This document shows, piece after piece, positions 1 through 9,209 of a stretch of DNA of 64,000 nucleotides. The stretch is from contig JAXDQU010000118.1 in NCBI GenBank assembly GCA_034667685.1, forward strand, positions 1-64,000, written 5' to 3'. The notes under the pieces were generated by a model that did not search any database, was not told where the DNA came from, and saw only the letters and a program-made list of their open reading frames with translations. Source of the DNA: Thermoplasmata archaeon. Its GTDB lineage: Archaea; Thermoplasmatota; SW-10-69-26; JACQPN01; JAJPHT01. The stretch's first letter is position 1, and every line of letters begins with the position of its first letter. Both the position numbers and the translations under genes were made by a program.

Positions 1-721
1 TCACACCGAATACTGTGTACGGGTGGGTAGCGGCATTTGTCTCTAGGTACTGGTTCAGAAGTGGGAGCGTCTCTTCAAGCCACTGTTCAGGTGGCCTACT
101 GGAGCCGTCAAGTGTGTCCCAAGCGGAGATGATGACTGCGACGGGAACATGAGATTGTGCGGATGCCGATTGCAGTTCTTGCAGGATGAAGACGAGTTGC
201 GTCGCGGTCGGCGTCTTGTCGGGATCGAACGTCGCGGCGAGGCCTTTTTGAACCGGGCCAGCGGAGACGTTGTTGGTGTCACTCAAGGGGCGACCGAGGA
301 CTTTGTTTTCCTCATCGACTCTCGTCGGCATTTGAACGTGGTCTGGATGAATGAAGAGAAGAGTACCCGTGGCGTGGAGTGCATATTCCCTCAACTTTGG
401 GGTCCATGAGCGCTTTCCCCACATATCGCGGAACGATTCGCCCGAAACATCCGCGTGTTCAACTTTGAGATGGCGACCATCGGGCGCTTCAAGAACGAGC
501 TCGATGAATTCCTCGGTGCTCGCGCTCGTGTGGCCGACTGCGGCGGCTCCGTGCCAAGGCGAGAGCACTTCGTTGAGGTACTTCTTGTCCGCGGGCCCAG
601 ACACCAACTTGAGTTCCGTCGGGAGTTCTCGGGCCTCCAAGGCGTTCCAGAGGGCTGCAAGATAGGTCGTCTTCCCAGCAGCAGGGAGCCCTGCAAGAAC
701 GAAACGGGACAGGTGGGTCAT
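1..721 (-). CDS. TRAFAC-class GTPase (double-GTPase 1-like), truncated at window start
   Basis: Not in the ORF track; translated by hand from ATG 721 (ATGA overlap with the upstream stop): MTHLSRFVLAGLPAAGKTTYLAALW...ADVSGESF...VIISAWD. G1 GxxxxGKT, G3 DxxG and G4-like SAWD are present; the frame is open to base 1. Confidence 0.85.
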   Translation of the reverse strand, partial: MTHLSRFVLAGLPAAGKTTYLAALWNALEARELPTELKLVSGPADKKYLNEVLSPWHGAAAVGHTSASTEEFIELVLEAPDGRHLKVEHADVSGESFRDMWGKRSWTPKLREYALHATGTLLFIHPDHVQMPTRVDEENKVLGRPLSDTNNVSAGPVQKGLAATFDPDKTPTATQLVFILQELQSASAQSHVPVAVIISAWDTLDGSSRPPEQWLEETLPLLNQYLETNAATHPYTVFGV

Positions 722-1707
722 TGGGGTGTTCCCCCGTAAGCAACTTCTCGGAGTACGGCTTTGCCATCACGCGGCGTGCGTCCCGGCGCTGCGACAAAGG
801 GCTCGACCCATGCGGCCAACAGAGGCACGAGTCCGTAGCCGCGCTCCAAGTCCATCTTGGGGTCGCGCGCCGCCGTTTTGTACGATCTGACCTGTGCGAG
901 TCTCGGCGTGAACATCGATTCGAAGTTCGCGAGCTTCTCGTCGACGAATTCTTCCGCTTGTGCGTTGGGGCGAATGAGGTCGTATTTTGTAACTATGAGA
1001 TCGAGGGAAGTGCTCTTGCCGATGAAGCCGGCAGAGAGACAGGCCTCGATAATTTGCTTCGTGCTCAGGATGCAACCTTGGCGTTTCTCGAGTGAACTCA
1101 AGAGCTCGCCGTCGAGGAGGACGCCCACGTGATCCGCACGTCGAAGCCCTGGCACTTCGCTGAGGACGGCCGCGTTGTTGCGAGCGAGCTTGAATAGCTC
1201 ACCACTTACGTCGATGAGCATGATGTCGATTGGGTGAGCGAGTCTGGCCTTGGGCGCGACGCGTAGGTGGAGGATAGGGTTCGGGTTAGATGTGGGTGTG
1301 TGGGGCGTGTCGGGTTCGGAATGGCCATAACCCCCGCGGTTCTGGTAGGAGCGAGACTCGAAGCCGTGGAGCGTCTTGGAGCCAGCAAAGACGAACTCGC
1401 CGAAGGGTCCATCGAGAAGGCGCTCGTAGATCGCCGCAAAGAGCGTCGTCTTTCCTGAGTTTGAGTCGCCCGCGAGAAGGATGACGTTTGCGGGCTTCAT
1501 CGCGAGCAGATCGCCTGCCTCTGCGGCGGATAGCCCAAAGCTATGCCCGGCAACACCGATCGCTGCGGGCGCTACAGTAGTCTGGACAGGTGTAGGCGCT
1601 TTCCCGTAATGGGGACAGGTGGTGGCTGTGAGGTTCTCCAGGCACTTGCCTCCTTGAGGGAGGGTGCATCCGGCCTGACTGCACGTAGCGGGTGGGACCG
1701 CGGTCAT
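718..1707 (-). CDS. TRAFAC-class GTPase with N-terminal Cys cluster (double-GTPase 2-like)
   Basis: GDSNSGKTT (G1), IDVSGE (G3), VTKYD (G4); N-terminal C-x4-C-x7-C-x8-C; ATGA overlaps on both sides. Confidence 0.85.
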   Translation of the reverse strand: MTAVPPATCSQAGCTLPQGGKCLENLTATTCPHYGKAPTPVQTTVAPAAIGVAGHSFGLSAAEAGDLLAMKPANVILLAGDSNSGKTTLFAAIYERLLDGPFGEFVFAGSKTLHGFESRSYQNRGGYGHSEPDTPHTPTSNPNPILHLRVAPKARLAHPIDIMLIDVSGELFKLARNNAAVLSEVPGLRRADHVGVLLDGELLSSLEKRQGCILSTKQIIEACLSAGFIGKSTSLDLIVTKYDLIRPNAQAEEFVDEKLANFESMFTPRLAQVRSYKTAARDPKMDLERGYGLVPLLAAWVEPFVAAPGRTPRDGKAVLREVAYGGTPQ

Positions 1708-2528
1708 GATGGTTCCTCTCTGGTGAGGACGAAGAGTTCGTTCGCGAGTGCTGAGCCAACCTGGGGCGCGGGAAGTGCGAAGCTAGTCCGTGGCTGGTGC
1801 GATCGTGCGAGGTCGATGGCAAGTTGTGCGAGGTCGGCGTTGGGGCTCTTGTCGAGGAGTCCCTTGACGAATTCGAGTTCATTCGGCTCGACCGACGCAC
1901 GAAGATCTTGGATGCTCACGATGGCCTTCGCATGAGAGGAAAGAGCCAGTTCGAAAACCGAGGCGTACGTGAGTGAGCCGAGAGGCGGACTTACGTGGTG
2001 AACGTCAAGGGCCGCGCAAATCGCGGCCCGCGCGGGAGGCAGGGTCGAGTACGGCGTGCCGTCCGCGCGTTCACCAAGATGTAGCCATGAAATGAGTTTG
2101 GCTGCGCCTGTGCCGGCTTCTTTCTCGACTAGGGGCGGGGCGTTCCGCGACCATTCTGTTCCCAGCGGGAGGTTGTACTTCGAAACTACTCGGGGACTGA
2201 GGAGGTTGACAGCAGCGCGGGCTACGTCTCCCGGCGCGTCCGGACGTGTGAGGATCGCGTCCAAGGCGACCGCTGCGAGCATGGCGATCTCATGGTCGTT
2301 GCGCGCCTCGCGGACCGTCCCATCGGCCTGCTTCACGGCGTCCCGCAGGGCTTGCACGAATTCTGAGTCGTGCGGAGGAAGGCCAACCAAAAGGCGTACA
2401 AGGTCTAGTGCATCGCCAACGCTCGCTTGCTCCCCGAATGTCACGCAAGCCTCGGCGCGCGCTTGGAGCGCTCCATCCTCTGTCGTGAGGAGCGGACGAC
2501 GGAGGCTTGCGAGCTTATCAATCATCAT
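1704..2528 (-). CDS. All-helical protein, probable GTPase-associated GASH-type component
   Basis: Start moved to ATG 2528 (ATGA overlap with the phosphoesterase stop); Ala/Leu-rich helical sequence; sits between effector and GTPases as in double-GTPase conflict operons. Confidence 0.7.
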   Translation of the reverse strand: MMIDKLASLRRPLLTTEDGALQARAEACVTFGEQASVGDALDLVRLLVGLPPHDSEFVQALRDAVKQADGTVREARNDHEIAMLAAVALDAILTRPDAPGDVARAAVNLLSPRVVSKYNLPLGTEWSRNAPPLVEKEAGTGAAKLISWLHLGERADGTPYSTLPPARAAICAALDVHHVSPPLGSLTYASVFELALSSHAKAIVSIQDLRASVEPNELEFVKGLLDKSPNADLAQLAIDLARSHQPRTSFALPAPQVGSALANELFVLTREEPS

Positions 2529-3946
2529 GAGCCACCTTCCTTGAAGGGATTGTTCCTCGCAGCGTCCTTGTGCTCGTTCTCGACTGCGTCCCACAGTTGT
2601 GCGAGGAGCCGACGTTGTCTTGCACGGGAGAAGAAACGTGCGGCGCGCTCCGTTTCGTTAGCCTCTCGGTCGTTTTCTTCCACGAGCCCGAGGCTTGAGG
2701 CGATCTTGAACCGCTTGTCGAACGGTAGAGACAGGAAGCGGTACGTGAGGCGTCGTTCGGGGTCGCGCATCGGTAATGACTCCTGACGAGGCGAGACGTT
2801 GTCGGCACGCACGGGGGCCGGATTGCGAGGCGGGGCAGGCGGGCTGAACTTGGCTGTGGCCTGTTGCGGGGCCTGCCAGGGGGGAAGAGGGAGGTCGAAT
2901 TCGCGGCACGTTCCCGCGCTTTGGTCCGCCACAAAGCGCTGCCGCTCGTCATTCCACATGCGGGGAAAGACCACGACGTGTAGCGCCCTGTTTGCTCCTT
3001 CCCCCTGGACACGAAGAGCGATAATGTTGTATCGAGGCGCCCAATTCTGCTCCTCCTTATCTGGAAACAGCGCTCCGGCAGATATGCGAACGCTGTCGTT
3101 GATGTGGTCGATCGCGTGATCGTGCCTGTGCCCGAAGAGGTGGATTCGGGCACGTGGTTTCAGCTTCTTCTCGAGCACCTCGCCGTCTAGCAGCCAGTTT
3201 GGTGGATGATGACACATCACGAGGTAGGTGCAGCCAACTTTCTCGGGGAGCGTATACTGAAGACTTCCGACGACGAGCTTGTGAGTCGTGTTGGAGTCCT
3301 TCGCAGTGCTGACGAGCGCGGAATGGATCCCGCGAATGGCGAGCATGGACGTGTCGTTCAGAGGGAGTTCTTGTTCCCAAAAGAATCGGTCGGATGGGAT
3401 GCGGCACTCGTAACCCGCTGCAAACTCATCGTAGTTGGAGAACGGATCGAGAAGTGCCTTGCACGCGGCGGGCTGTCGAACGATCTTGTCTATGGCTTGG
3501 TCGATTTCCAGCGGTTTCTCCTTCCGGAGCTGCGCATGGAGGCCTTCGATGATGGCATTGTCCTTGTGCTTCGATCGGTCGACGTCATGGTTCCCTGGAA
3601 TTGTCCACACGTCCTCCGAGGGGACCTTGAGAGCCTTGCAGAGGTCTTCCAGCCAGCTCCGGGCGGTCGCATACTCACTTGCCTGGCCAGCGAATGCGAT
3701 GTCGCCAGTGACGAGGATTCCGGCCGGGACCGGTAGCGCATTGCAGACCTCAGCGGCGTCCTTGGTAAGCTGTGTTTTCACATCTGTCTGTGCCACGCTG
3801 GTCGAGGCGCTTCCGTCTTTGAAGTGAATGTCGCTGACATGCACAAGTACCACGGCGTCGGGCTCGACGTTGCACGCCACAGTGCCCCGAATCCCCCGCG
3901 TCCGCTTAAGAGTCTGGGGAGTTGCAGTGGAAATCTGGGTCGCCAT
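2525..3946 (-). CDS. Calcineurin-like metallophosphoesterase effector with C-terminal small helical adaptor (GAAD-like)
   Basis: SDIHF, TGDIA, PGNHD, MCHHP and FGHRH motifs; Pro-rich linker; C-terminal RRLTYRFLSLP...LAQLWDAVE domain. Confidence 0.88.
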   Translation of the reverse strand: MATQISTATPQTLKRTRGIRGTVACNVEPDAVVLVHVSDIHFKDGSASTSVAQTDVKTQLTKDAAEVCNALPVPAGILVTGDIAFAGQASEYATARSWLEDLCKALKVPSEDVWTIPGNHDVDRSKHKDNAIIEGLHAQLRKEKPLEIDQAIDKIVRQPAACKALLDPFSNYDEFAAGYECRIPSDRFFWEQELPLNDTSMLAIRGIHSALVSTAKDSNTTHKLVVGSLQYTLPEKVGCTYLVMCHHPPNWLLDGEVLEKKLKPRARIHLFGHRHDHAIDHINDSVRISAGALFPDKEEQNWAPRYNIIALRVQGEGANRALHVVVFPRMWNDERQRFVADQSAGTCREFDLPLPPWQAPQQATAKFSPPAPPRNPAPVRADNVSPRQESLPMRDPERRLTYRFLSLPFDKRFKIASSLGLVEENDREANETERAARFFSRARQRRLLAQLWDAVENEHKDAARNNPFKEGGS

Positions 3947-3979
3947 GGGGTGGGGGCGCTTCGCAGGTCACCCTCTCGG

Positions 3980-4495
3980 GAAATCGAGTCATCGATGTGG
4001 CCGTTGATGGCCCCCTGCCTAACGAGTAGGTACACCGGAAGGTTCGGCGGGAGCGGCGGCGAGGGGCATCGCCATTGGGAGAGCCACGTGGATCGTGGCA
4101 ACGGCCGAGTGGTCGGCTGCGGGCACGACGCCCGGCGCGAAGCCGGTGGCTCCCAACGAGGCGCTGTGAGGGGTTTGTACCGCGCTCAAGCGTCACGTTC
4201 GACGAGCTCCAGATCAGGACCGGCGGCAAGCTCGTACAGCAGGTCACGTACGACCGTGCCTGCGCATGGGCCCGGACGGCGGCTCGATCCTCTGGATCAA
4301 CCCCTGCGGCATCGCCGCGGGCAGCGCCGACTGCCGCACCGCCAGCCTCCTCGTCAACACGTCCGCCGTGGTCGAATTCAGCGACGGCCAGGCCGACCGC
4401 TTCAGCGCCGTTACCGGCCTGTTCGGGATCGTGCCATTCGCCACGACGGTCATAATCAATGTGACCGGGAAGCTGCCCGAGACGCTCGACGCGGC
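3980..4495. pseudogene. Degraded, internally inverted copy of the secreted-protein gene at 5800-6834
   Basis: 3980-4191 and ~4430-4495 match the + strand of the 5800-6834 locus; 4184-~4427 matches the reverse complement of 6363-6617 (GPDGGSILWINP...VVEFSDGQAD), with frameshifts. Confidence 0.8.
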
Positions 4496-4584
4496 CCCGG
4501 GCAGGAACGGAGGCGCGACCCCCGCAGGCGATCCATCGGAAGCCGGCGCGGAAGGTTGTTCGGCATGCGCTCTATGGTAGTCAG

Positions 4585-5553
4585 ATGCGACGGCTTCGTG
4601 GTCGCGGCGAGAAGAACAAATCGCGCCCCCGGTTCGCAGCCAAAGAGTCTCAGTCGGACGACATCGAGTTTCACCTTCGCGCCACATGGCTTCTCTTGCG
4701 CGATCATTGGCCGGTGATTTCAGCTGCTCTCGTTGCACTGATTTCCATTAGTGGCCTCGAGTATTTTCACACCTTCTATGGCGCCTTCGGCTTGGACCCG
4801 CTCGCATATGGCCAACCTTGGACCACGCTCGCAGCCATTGGCGCTCTCGCGGGCTTTGCGGGCCTTGCAGGCGAGTTCCTGGTCATTTTCTGTTCGGTTG
4901 CCGTCCTGTATGTCGTGCGTGGTCTTGTCGAGGCCGTGACCAAAAGGCAGGCATCTTCCCACGCAAAGAAGTCCGCGACGTCGGGGCCGCGAGGTTCGTG
5001 GCCAACTGTTCGTAGAAACTTAGGGTGGGTGGCAGCGGCGATTTCCATTGTGGTTCTCGCTGCGCTTCCGTGGCAATGGTTGTCCCCTGGCCTTATTCGA
5101 TTCATTCTGAAGGTGAATCCAACAGAGTTCTTTCTCATCGCCTTCGTCTTCGGGGTCGTCTTCGTCAGCTACGTACTGGCGCTGGTCTGGTTGGATCCGC
5201 GGCACAAGGTGCGCTACGTCCTGGTATTGATGATTGTCGCGCTTCCGGGCGTTGCGGGGAGCATTGCCCTCGAGCGGGCCTCAAGCATGGAAACCGATCC
5301 GTGGAGCGCCCCCAGAGCTCTGATTTGGACCAATCACACAACGAACGCCTCGGAATACGTCATCATCGACCAAATCGGCGACCGACTCTTCCTTCTGAAG
5401 AAACTCGATGCGTTCGATCCGGAGAAGAACGCTACCACGACCGTCTTCCAGGTCACGACGATGCTGCTTTCCGGGATTGATCGCATTGAATACTTGCCGG
5501 CGGGGACAGAAACGAAGGCATACCGGTTCGCTCCGGATGCAATGCACCCATGA
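4585..5553 (+). CDS. Multi-pass membrane protein, unknown function (start uncertain)
   Basis: 322-aa ORF with about five hydrophobic segments and a soluble C-terminal part. Confidence 0.7.
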   Translation: MRRLRGRGEKNKSRPRFAAKESQSDDIEFHLRATWLLLRDHWPVISAALVALISISGLEYFHTFYGAFGLDPLAYGQPWTTLAAIGALAGFAGLAGEFLVIFCSVAVLYVVRGLVEAVTKRQASSHAKKSATSGPRGSWPTVRRNLGWVAAAISIVVLAALPWQWLSPGLIRFILKVNPTEFFLIAFVFGVVFVSYVLALVWLDPRHKVRYVLVLMIVALPGVAGSIALERASSMETDPWSAPRALIWTNHTTNASEYVIIDQIGDRLFLLKKLDAFDPEKNATTTVFQVTTMLLSGIDRIEYLPAGTETKAYRFAPDAMHP

Positions 5554-5751
5554 CGCCCGTCGTGGGGCAGTCCGAGGCAAACGAAGGCGTAGAAGGGCGA
5601 CGAAGCAACTCGCGAGTGCCCGTCTACGTGCCGATATTATATCGGCATCTGAGAAGCGTGGATCGGGTGGATCCTTCCCGCGGGCCGCTGCGCAGTAAGT
5701 GTGGAGATTGACCGCCGTCGTTTCTAGGGGCAAATCGATTGCGACAGAACG

Positions 5752-5791
5752 AAAAAAGAAATGTGGCCCGCGGGGATGCCGCGGGCCTTTT
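5752..5791 (-). terminator. Hairpin plus U-tract terminator of the minus-strand secreted-protein operon
   Basis: GGCCCGCGG-ggatg-CCGCGGGCC (5765-5787) with an A-run at 5752-5761 and TTTT on the other side, just past the stop at 5800. Confidence 0.65.
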
Positions 5792-5799
5792 CCATCATG

Positions 5800-6834
5800 T
5801 TAGAACACGCTGCCCGTGGCCTCGAAGCCCGTGTCCCACGGGCAGCTGAACAGCGTGACCGGGTTGAGACAGTAGCTGAACTGGGCGTTCCCCTTGGGGA
5901 ACTGAGGCCCGGGGATGAACGAGCGCGAGCCGCTGGCCGTGCAAGCGATGTCGCTGCTGCTCAACGCGGGCGAGCCTGCCGTGCAGGTCCAGCTGACGTA
6001 GGAGCCGAGGGCCCACGAGATCGAGTCGTCGATGTGGCCGCTGATCGTGCCCTGCCCGAGGAGCGGGTAGTCGACGTAAGCCTGCACCTGGAAGTCGCCG
6101 TACGCTGTGAACCAGCTCATGCTGCACGAATCGGTGCCGCCGAAGACGCTCGTCGTGACCTGGCCGCTGCAGGAGCGCTGCACGTCGCCCGCGCTCTGGG
6201 CCGAGACGCCACCAGGGGGCGTGACGGGAGTCGCGGCAAGGGGCAGCGCGATGGGGAGCGCGACGCGAATGGTGGTGACGGCCGTGTTGTCGGCCGCGGG
6301 CACGATGCCCAGCGCGACGCCGGTGGCGCTCAGCGAGGATCCCGTGAAGAGGTTCTCGCCGCGCTCGAGCAGGCCGGTGACGGCGTTGAAGTAGTAGTCC
6401 GCCTGGCCGTCGCTGAACTCGACGACGGCGGGCGTGTTGACGAGCAGCGTCGCGGTGCGGCCGTCGAAGTTGGCGCTGCCCGCGGCGATGTCGCTCGGGT
6501 TGATCCAGAGGATCGAGCCGCCGTCCGGGCCCATGCGCGAGGCGCGGTCGTAGGTGATCTGCTGCACGAGCTTGCCGCCCGTGCTGACCTGGAGCTCGTC
6601 GAACGTGACGCTCGAGCTCGTCACGCTGGCCACGATGAACGTGACCGGGAAGCTGCCCGAGACAGTGGGCGCACTGGGATCGACGGTCGTCGTGGCGCCC
6701 GGCGTGGCGGTGAAGCTCAGCGTGAAGCCGGGCGTCATCCAGGCCTGATCGAGCGTCACGGCTTGGGAGGTCGGGAGCCAGCCGGCGAGGCCGCTGACGA
6801 GGATCGCGGTAGCGATCAAGATAGTCTTGTTCAT
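5800..6834 (-). CDS. Secreted protein, WINPSDIAAG paralog family, with Cys-containing C-terminal domain
   Basis: Signal peptide MNKTILIATAILVSG...SQA from ATG 6834 with a purine-rich RBS; shared ILWINPSDIAAG...VVEFSDGQADYY domain; C-terminal YCLNPVTLFSCPW. Confidence 0.85.
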   Translation of the reverse strand: MNKTILIATAILVSGLAGWLPTSQAVTLDQAWMTPGFTLSFTATPGATTTVDPSAPTVSGSFPVTFIVASVTSSSVTFDELQVSTGGKLVQQITYDRASRMGPDGGSILWINPSDIAAGSANFDGRTATLLVNTPAVVEFSDGQADYYFNAVTGLLERGENLFTGSSLSATGVALGIVPAADNTAVTTIRVALPIALPLAATPVTPPGGVSAQSAGDVQRSCSGQVTTSVFGGTDSCSMSWFTAYGDFQVQAYVDYPLLGQGTISGHIDDSISWALGSYVSWTCTAGSPALSSSDIACTASGSRSFIPGPQFPKGNAQFSYCLNPVTLFSCPWDTGFEATGSVF

Positions 6835-6901
6835 TCGTTCATCCTTCCTTCTGATCGAATTCTCACTGAGACAATAGGGAGACGGCGTGTGGGGGCCCGC
6901 G

Positions 6902-7963
6902 TTATCCATCGACGTAACCGTAGGTCGTGCCGAAGGGGCAACGGAACTGCGTGGCCGGGTTGAGGCAGTGGTCGAAGCTGGCCGTCACCACCAGGACATG
7001 GTTGCCCTGGGCGCGCGAGGCGGGGCTGGGTGCGCCGCCGCAGGCAGGATTCAGGTTCAGAACGCCGACGACGTTGAGGCCATCCGCGGGCAGGTCGGCC
7101 GTGCAAGTGGTCGAGTAGTACACCTGGCCCGCGGGGTTCTCCAGGCTCGCTGTGATCTGACCAGTGGCGAGCGCGGGGAAGACAACGTCGCTCCTGGTGA
7201 CGGTCGCGGTCGTGGTGATGCTGAAGTCCTGCGTGCACTGCCCGGGCCCGCCGAGCGGATTGCCCACGATGATGCCGCCGAAGCCGCCGAGGGGATCGTC
7301 GATGGTGGACGCACAGCCCACGCTCGGGTCCGGTGGGATGGCCTTGAGCTCCAAGGCGTCCACGACCCTCTGCACGAATGGCAGCGGGTCCGTAGGAGAC
7401 AAGGGTCCCTGACCTGGGTTGAAGTCGTGCGCCGTGTTGGACGTGGTCACCGTCTGGGGAGACGACGGCGGGAACGGAGACGCGACGCCCACACCGATCG
7501 TGGCGCCAGTCAGCGAGAGGACGCTTCCGGTGACGAGGCTCTGGGCGGAGACGAGGTAGCCTTGCGGGCCGAAGGTGTAGATCCCACGCTCGCCTTGGAA
7601 CACGCTTCCGGCCGCGTTGGAAGCGACGAGCTGGGCGTTGTCGTAGCCGAACGTGGCGCTGCCTGCCGCGATGTCGCTCGGGTTGACCCAAAGGAACGAG
7701 TAGGCGGAGCTGCCGGAGAGGCTGCGGTCGGCTCCGAACTGGGCCTCGACGGTCGTGAGCGCCTGGGGGAAGGTCCACTCGGAGTTGATGCTGCCGTCGG
7801 GCTGGACGGCCACGTTGACGTCGAGATCCGTCGTGTGGACGCCGTGGAGGACGTAGTGGAGCTGGGCGATGCGCAGGTCCATCGCTGCGCCCGAGGGAGA
7901 GAGCGGCGCGAGAAGCGCGAGGCCGATCGCGGCCGCGAGGACTGCGCGTGTCAGGCGGATCAT
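6902..7963 (-). CDS. Secreted protein, divergent WINPSDIAAG paralog
   Basis: Start moved to ATG 7963 (ATGA overlap); signal peptide MIRLTRAVLAAAIGLALL; FLWVNPSDIAAG; C-terminal HCLNPATQFRCPF. Confidence 0.85.
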   Translation of the reverse strand: MIRLTRAVLAAAIGLALLAPLSPSGAAMDLRIAQLHYVLHGVHTTDLDVNVAVQPDGSINSEWTFPQALTTVEAQFGADRSLSGSSAYSFLWVNPSDIAAGSATFGYDNAQLVASNAAGSVFQGERGIYTFGPQGYLVSAQSLVTGSVLSLTGATIGVGVASPFPPSSPQTVTTSNTAHDFNPGQGPLSPTDPLPFVQRVVDALELKAIPPDPSVGCASTIDDPLGGFGGIIVGNPLGGPGQCTQDFSITTTATVTRSDVVFPALATGQITASLENPAGQVYYSTTCTADLPADGLNVVGVLNLNPACGGAPSPASRAQGNHVLVVTASFDHCLNPATQFRCPFGTTYGYVDG

Positions 7964-9015
7964 GAGAACCCGTCCGCGATCAGCTGCGCGCTCCACTCGC
8001 AGGAGAAGAGCGTGAGCGGGTCCAGGCAGTAAGAGAACGACGCGCTGGCGCGAGGGAAGAATTCGGGCTGCGTGAAAGCATACCCGTTGCTCGTCGCCGT
8101 GCAATAGACATCATCCGCAGTGAGCGCCGGCTTCGTCGAGGTGCACGTGAACTCGGCGAGGTCAGGCTGCTCGTTCTGGATGGGCAGCGCAATGGTGCCC
8201 TGGCCCAGCTTCGGGAACTGCGCCACGATGTAGGCATGGAACGGCGTGTGCTCGAAGAAGCTGTCCATGGGGCAGTGCTGGAACCCGCCGAACTCGCTCT
8301 CGTCGATGGAGCCACCGCACGAGGTCTCGAAATGGCTGGTCGAGGTGTGGAGGTCCCCGCCCCAGAAGAGCGGGTGGAGCGTCGAGGTGACCGTGATGGT
8401 GGGCGACGTGTCGGGAGTCGTCGAAGGGACGACGCCCAAGGCGGTGCCGGACGCGACGAGCGCGGAGCCAGTGAAGAGATCCTCGCCGCGCAGCAGCAGC
8501 CCCGTGTTGGGATCGAAGTAGTAGTCGCGCTGCCCGTCGCTGAACTCCACGACGGCCGGCGTGTCGACCAGGAGGACGGCCGTGCGGCCAGCGAAATCGG
8601 CCTGTCCGGCGGCAATGTCGCTCGGGTTGATCCAGAGAATCGAACCACCCTCGGGGCCCATGCGGGAGGCGAGATCGTAGGTGACCTGCTCGACGCTGAG
8701 TTGCACGGCGCCGGCCTGGACGTAGTCGAAGCTGATGCTGCTGCCGGCCACGGCCGCCACGACGATCGTGACCGGGAAGGTCGAGGATACGGTAGGGGCG
8801 CTCGGGTCGACGTTCGTCGTCGCGCCCGGAGAAGCCACGAAGTTGAGCGTGAAACCGGGCGTCATCCACGCGTTCAGCGTCCCAGCGTGAGCGGCAGGGG
8901 CGACGCCGAGCGTCGTGGCGAAAACCATTAGGCTAACAAGCAGCGGGACACGAAGAACTCGCACGGGCCGCCCCAAGGCAACCGTGGGACAAATCCGTTG
9001 CGAAGATTTGATCAT
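7960..9015 (-). CDS. Secreted protein, WINPSDIAAG paralog (start may be slightly downstream)
   Basis: Signal peptide ending AHA; N-domain nearly collinear with 5800-6834 (AWMTPGFTL...VDPSAPTVS); C-terminal YCLDPLTLFSCEW. Confidence 0.85.
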   Translation of the reverse strand: MIKSSQRICPTVALGRPVRVLRVPLLVSLMVFATTLGVAPAAHAGTLNAWMTPGFTLNFVASPGATTNVDPSAPTVSSTFPVTIVVAAVAGSSISFDYVQAGAVQLSVEQVTYDLASRMGPEGGSILWINPSDIAAGQADFAGRTAVLLVDTPAVVEFSDGQRDYYFDPNTGLLLRGEDLFTGSALVASGTALGVVPSTTPDTSPTITVTSTLHPLFWGGDLHTSTSHFETSCGGSIDESEFGGFQHCPMDSFFEHTPFHAYIVAQFPKLGQGTIALPIQNEQPDLAEFTCTSTKPALTADDVYCTATSNGYAFTQPEFFPRASASFSYCLDPLTLFSCEWSAQLIADGFS

Positions 9016-9209
9016 GATTTCCTGAGGAATGCGAAAAGGAATGCTCGGGACGGGCGTCGCGCGGTAACTCGGACCCTGTTGCCCCTTTGGGTGAGGACAG
9101 CAGGGTTATGGGGCGGCTCGGATGCTCCGAGCCGTTGCGAGGGGTATCACAGGACTCCTTCACAACCCTTACCGCGCCTTGGCCCCGCTCCAACCCGCGT
9201 CCGGACTCG

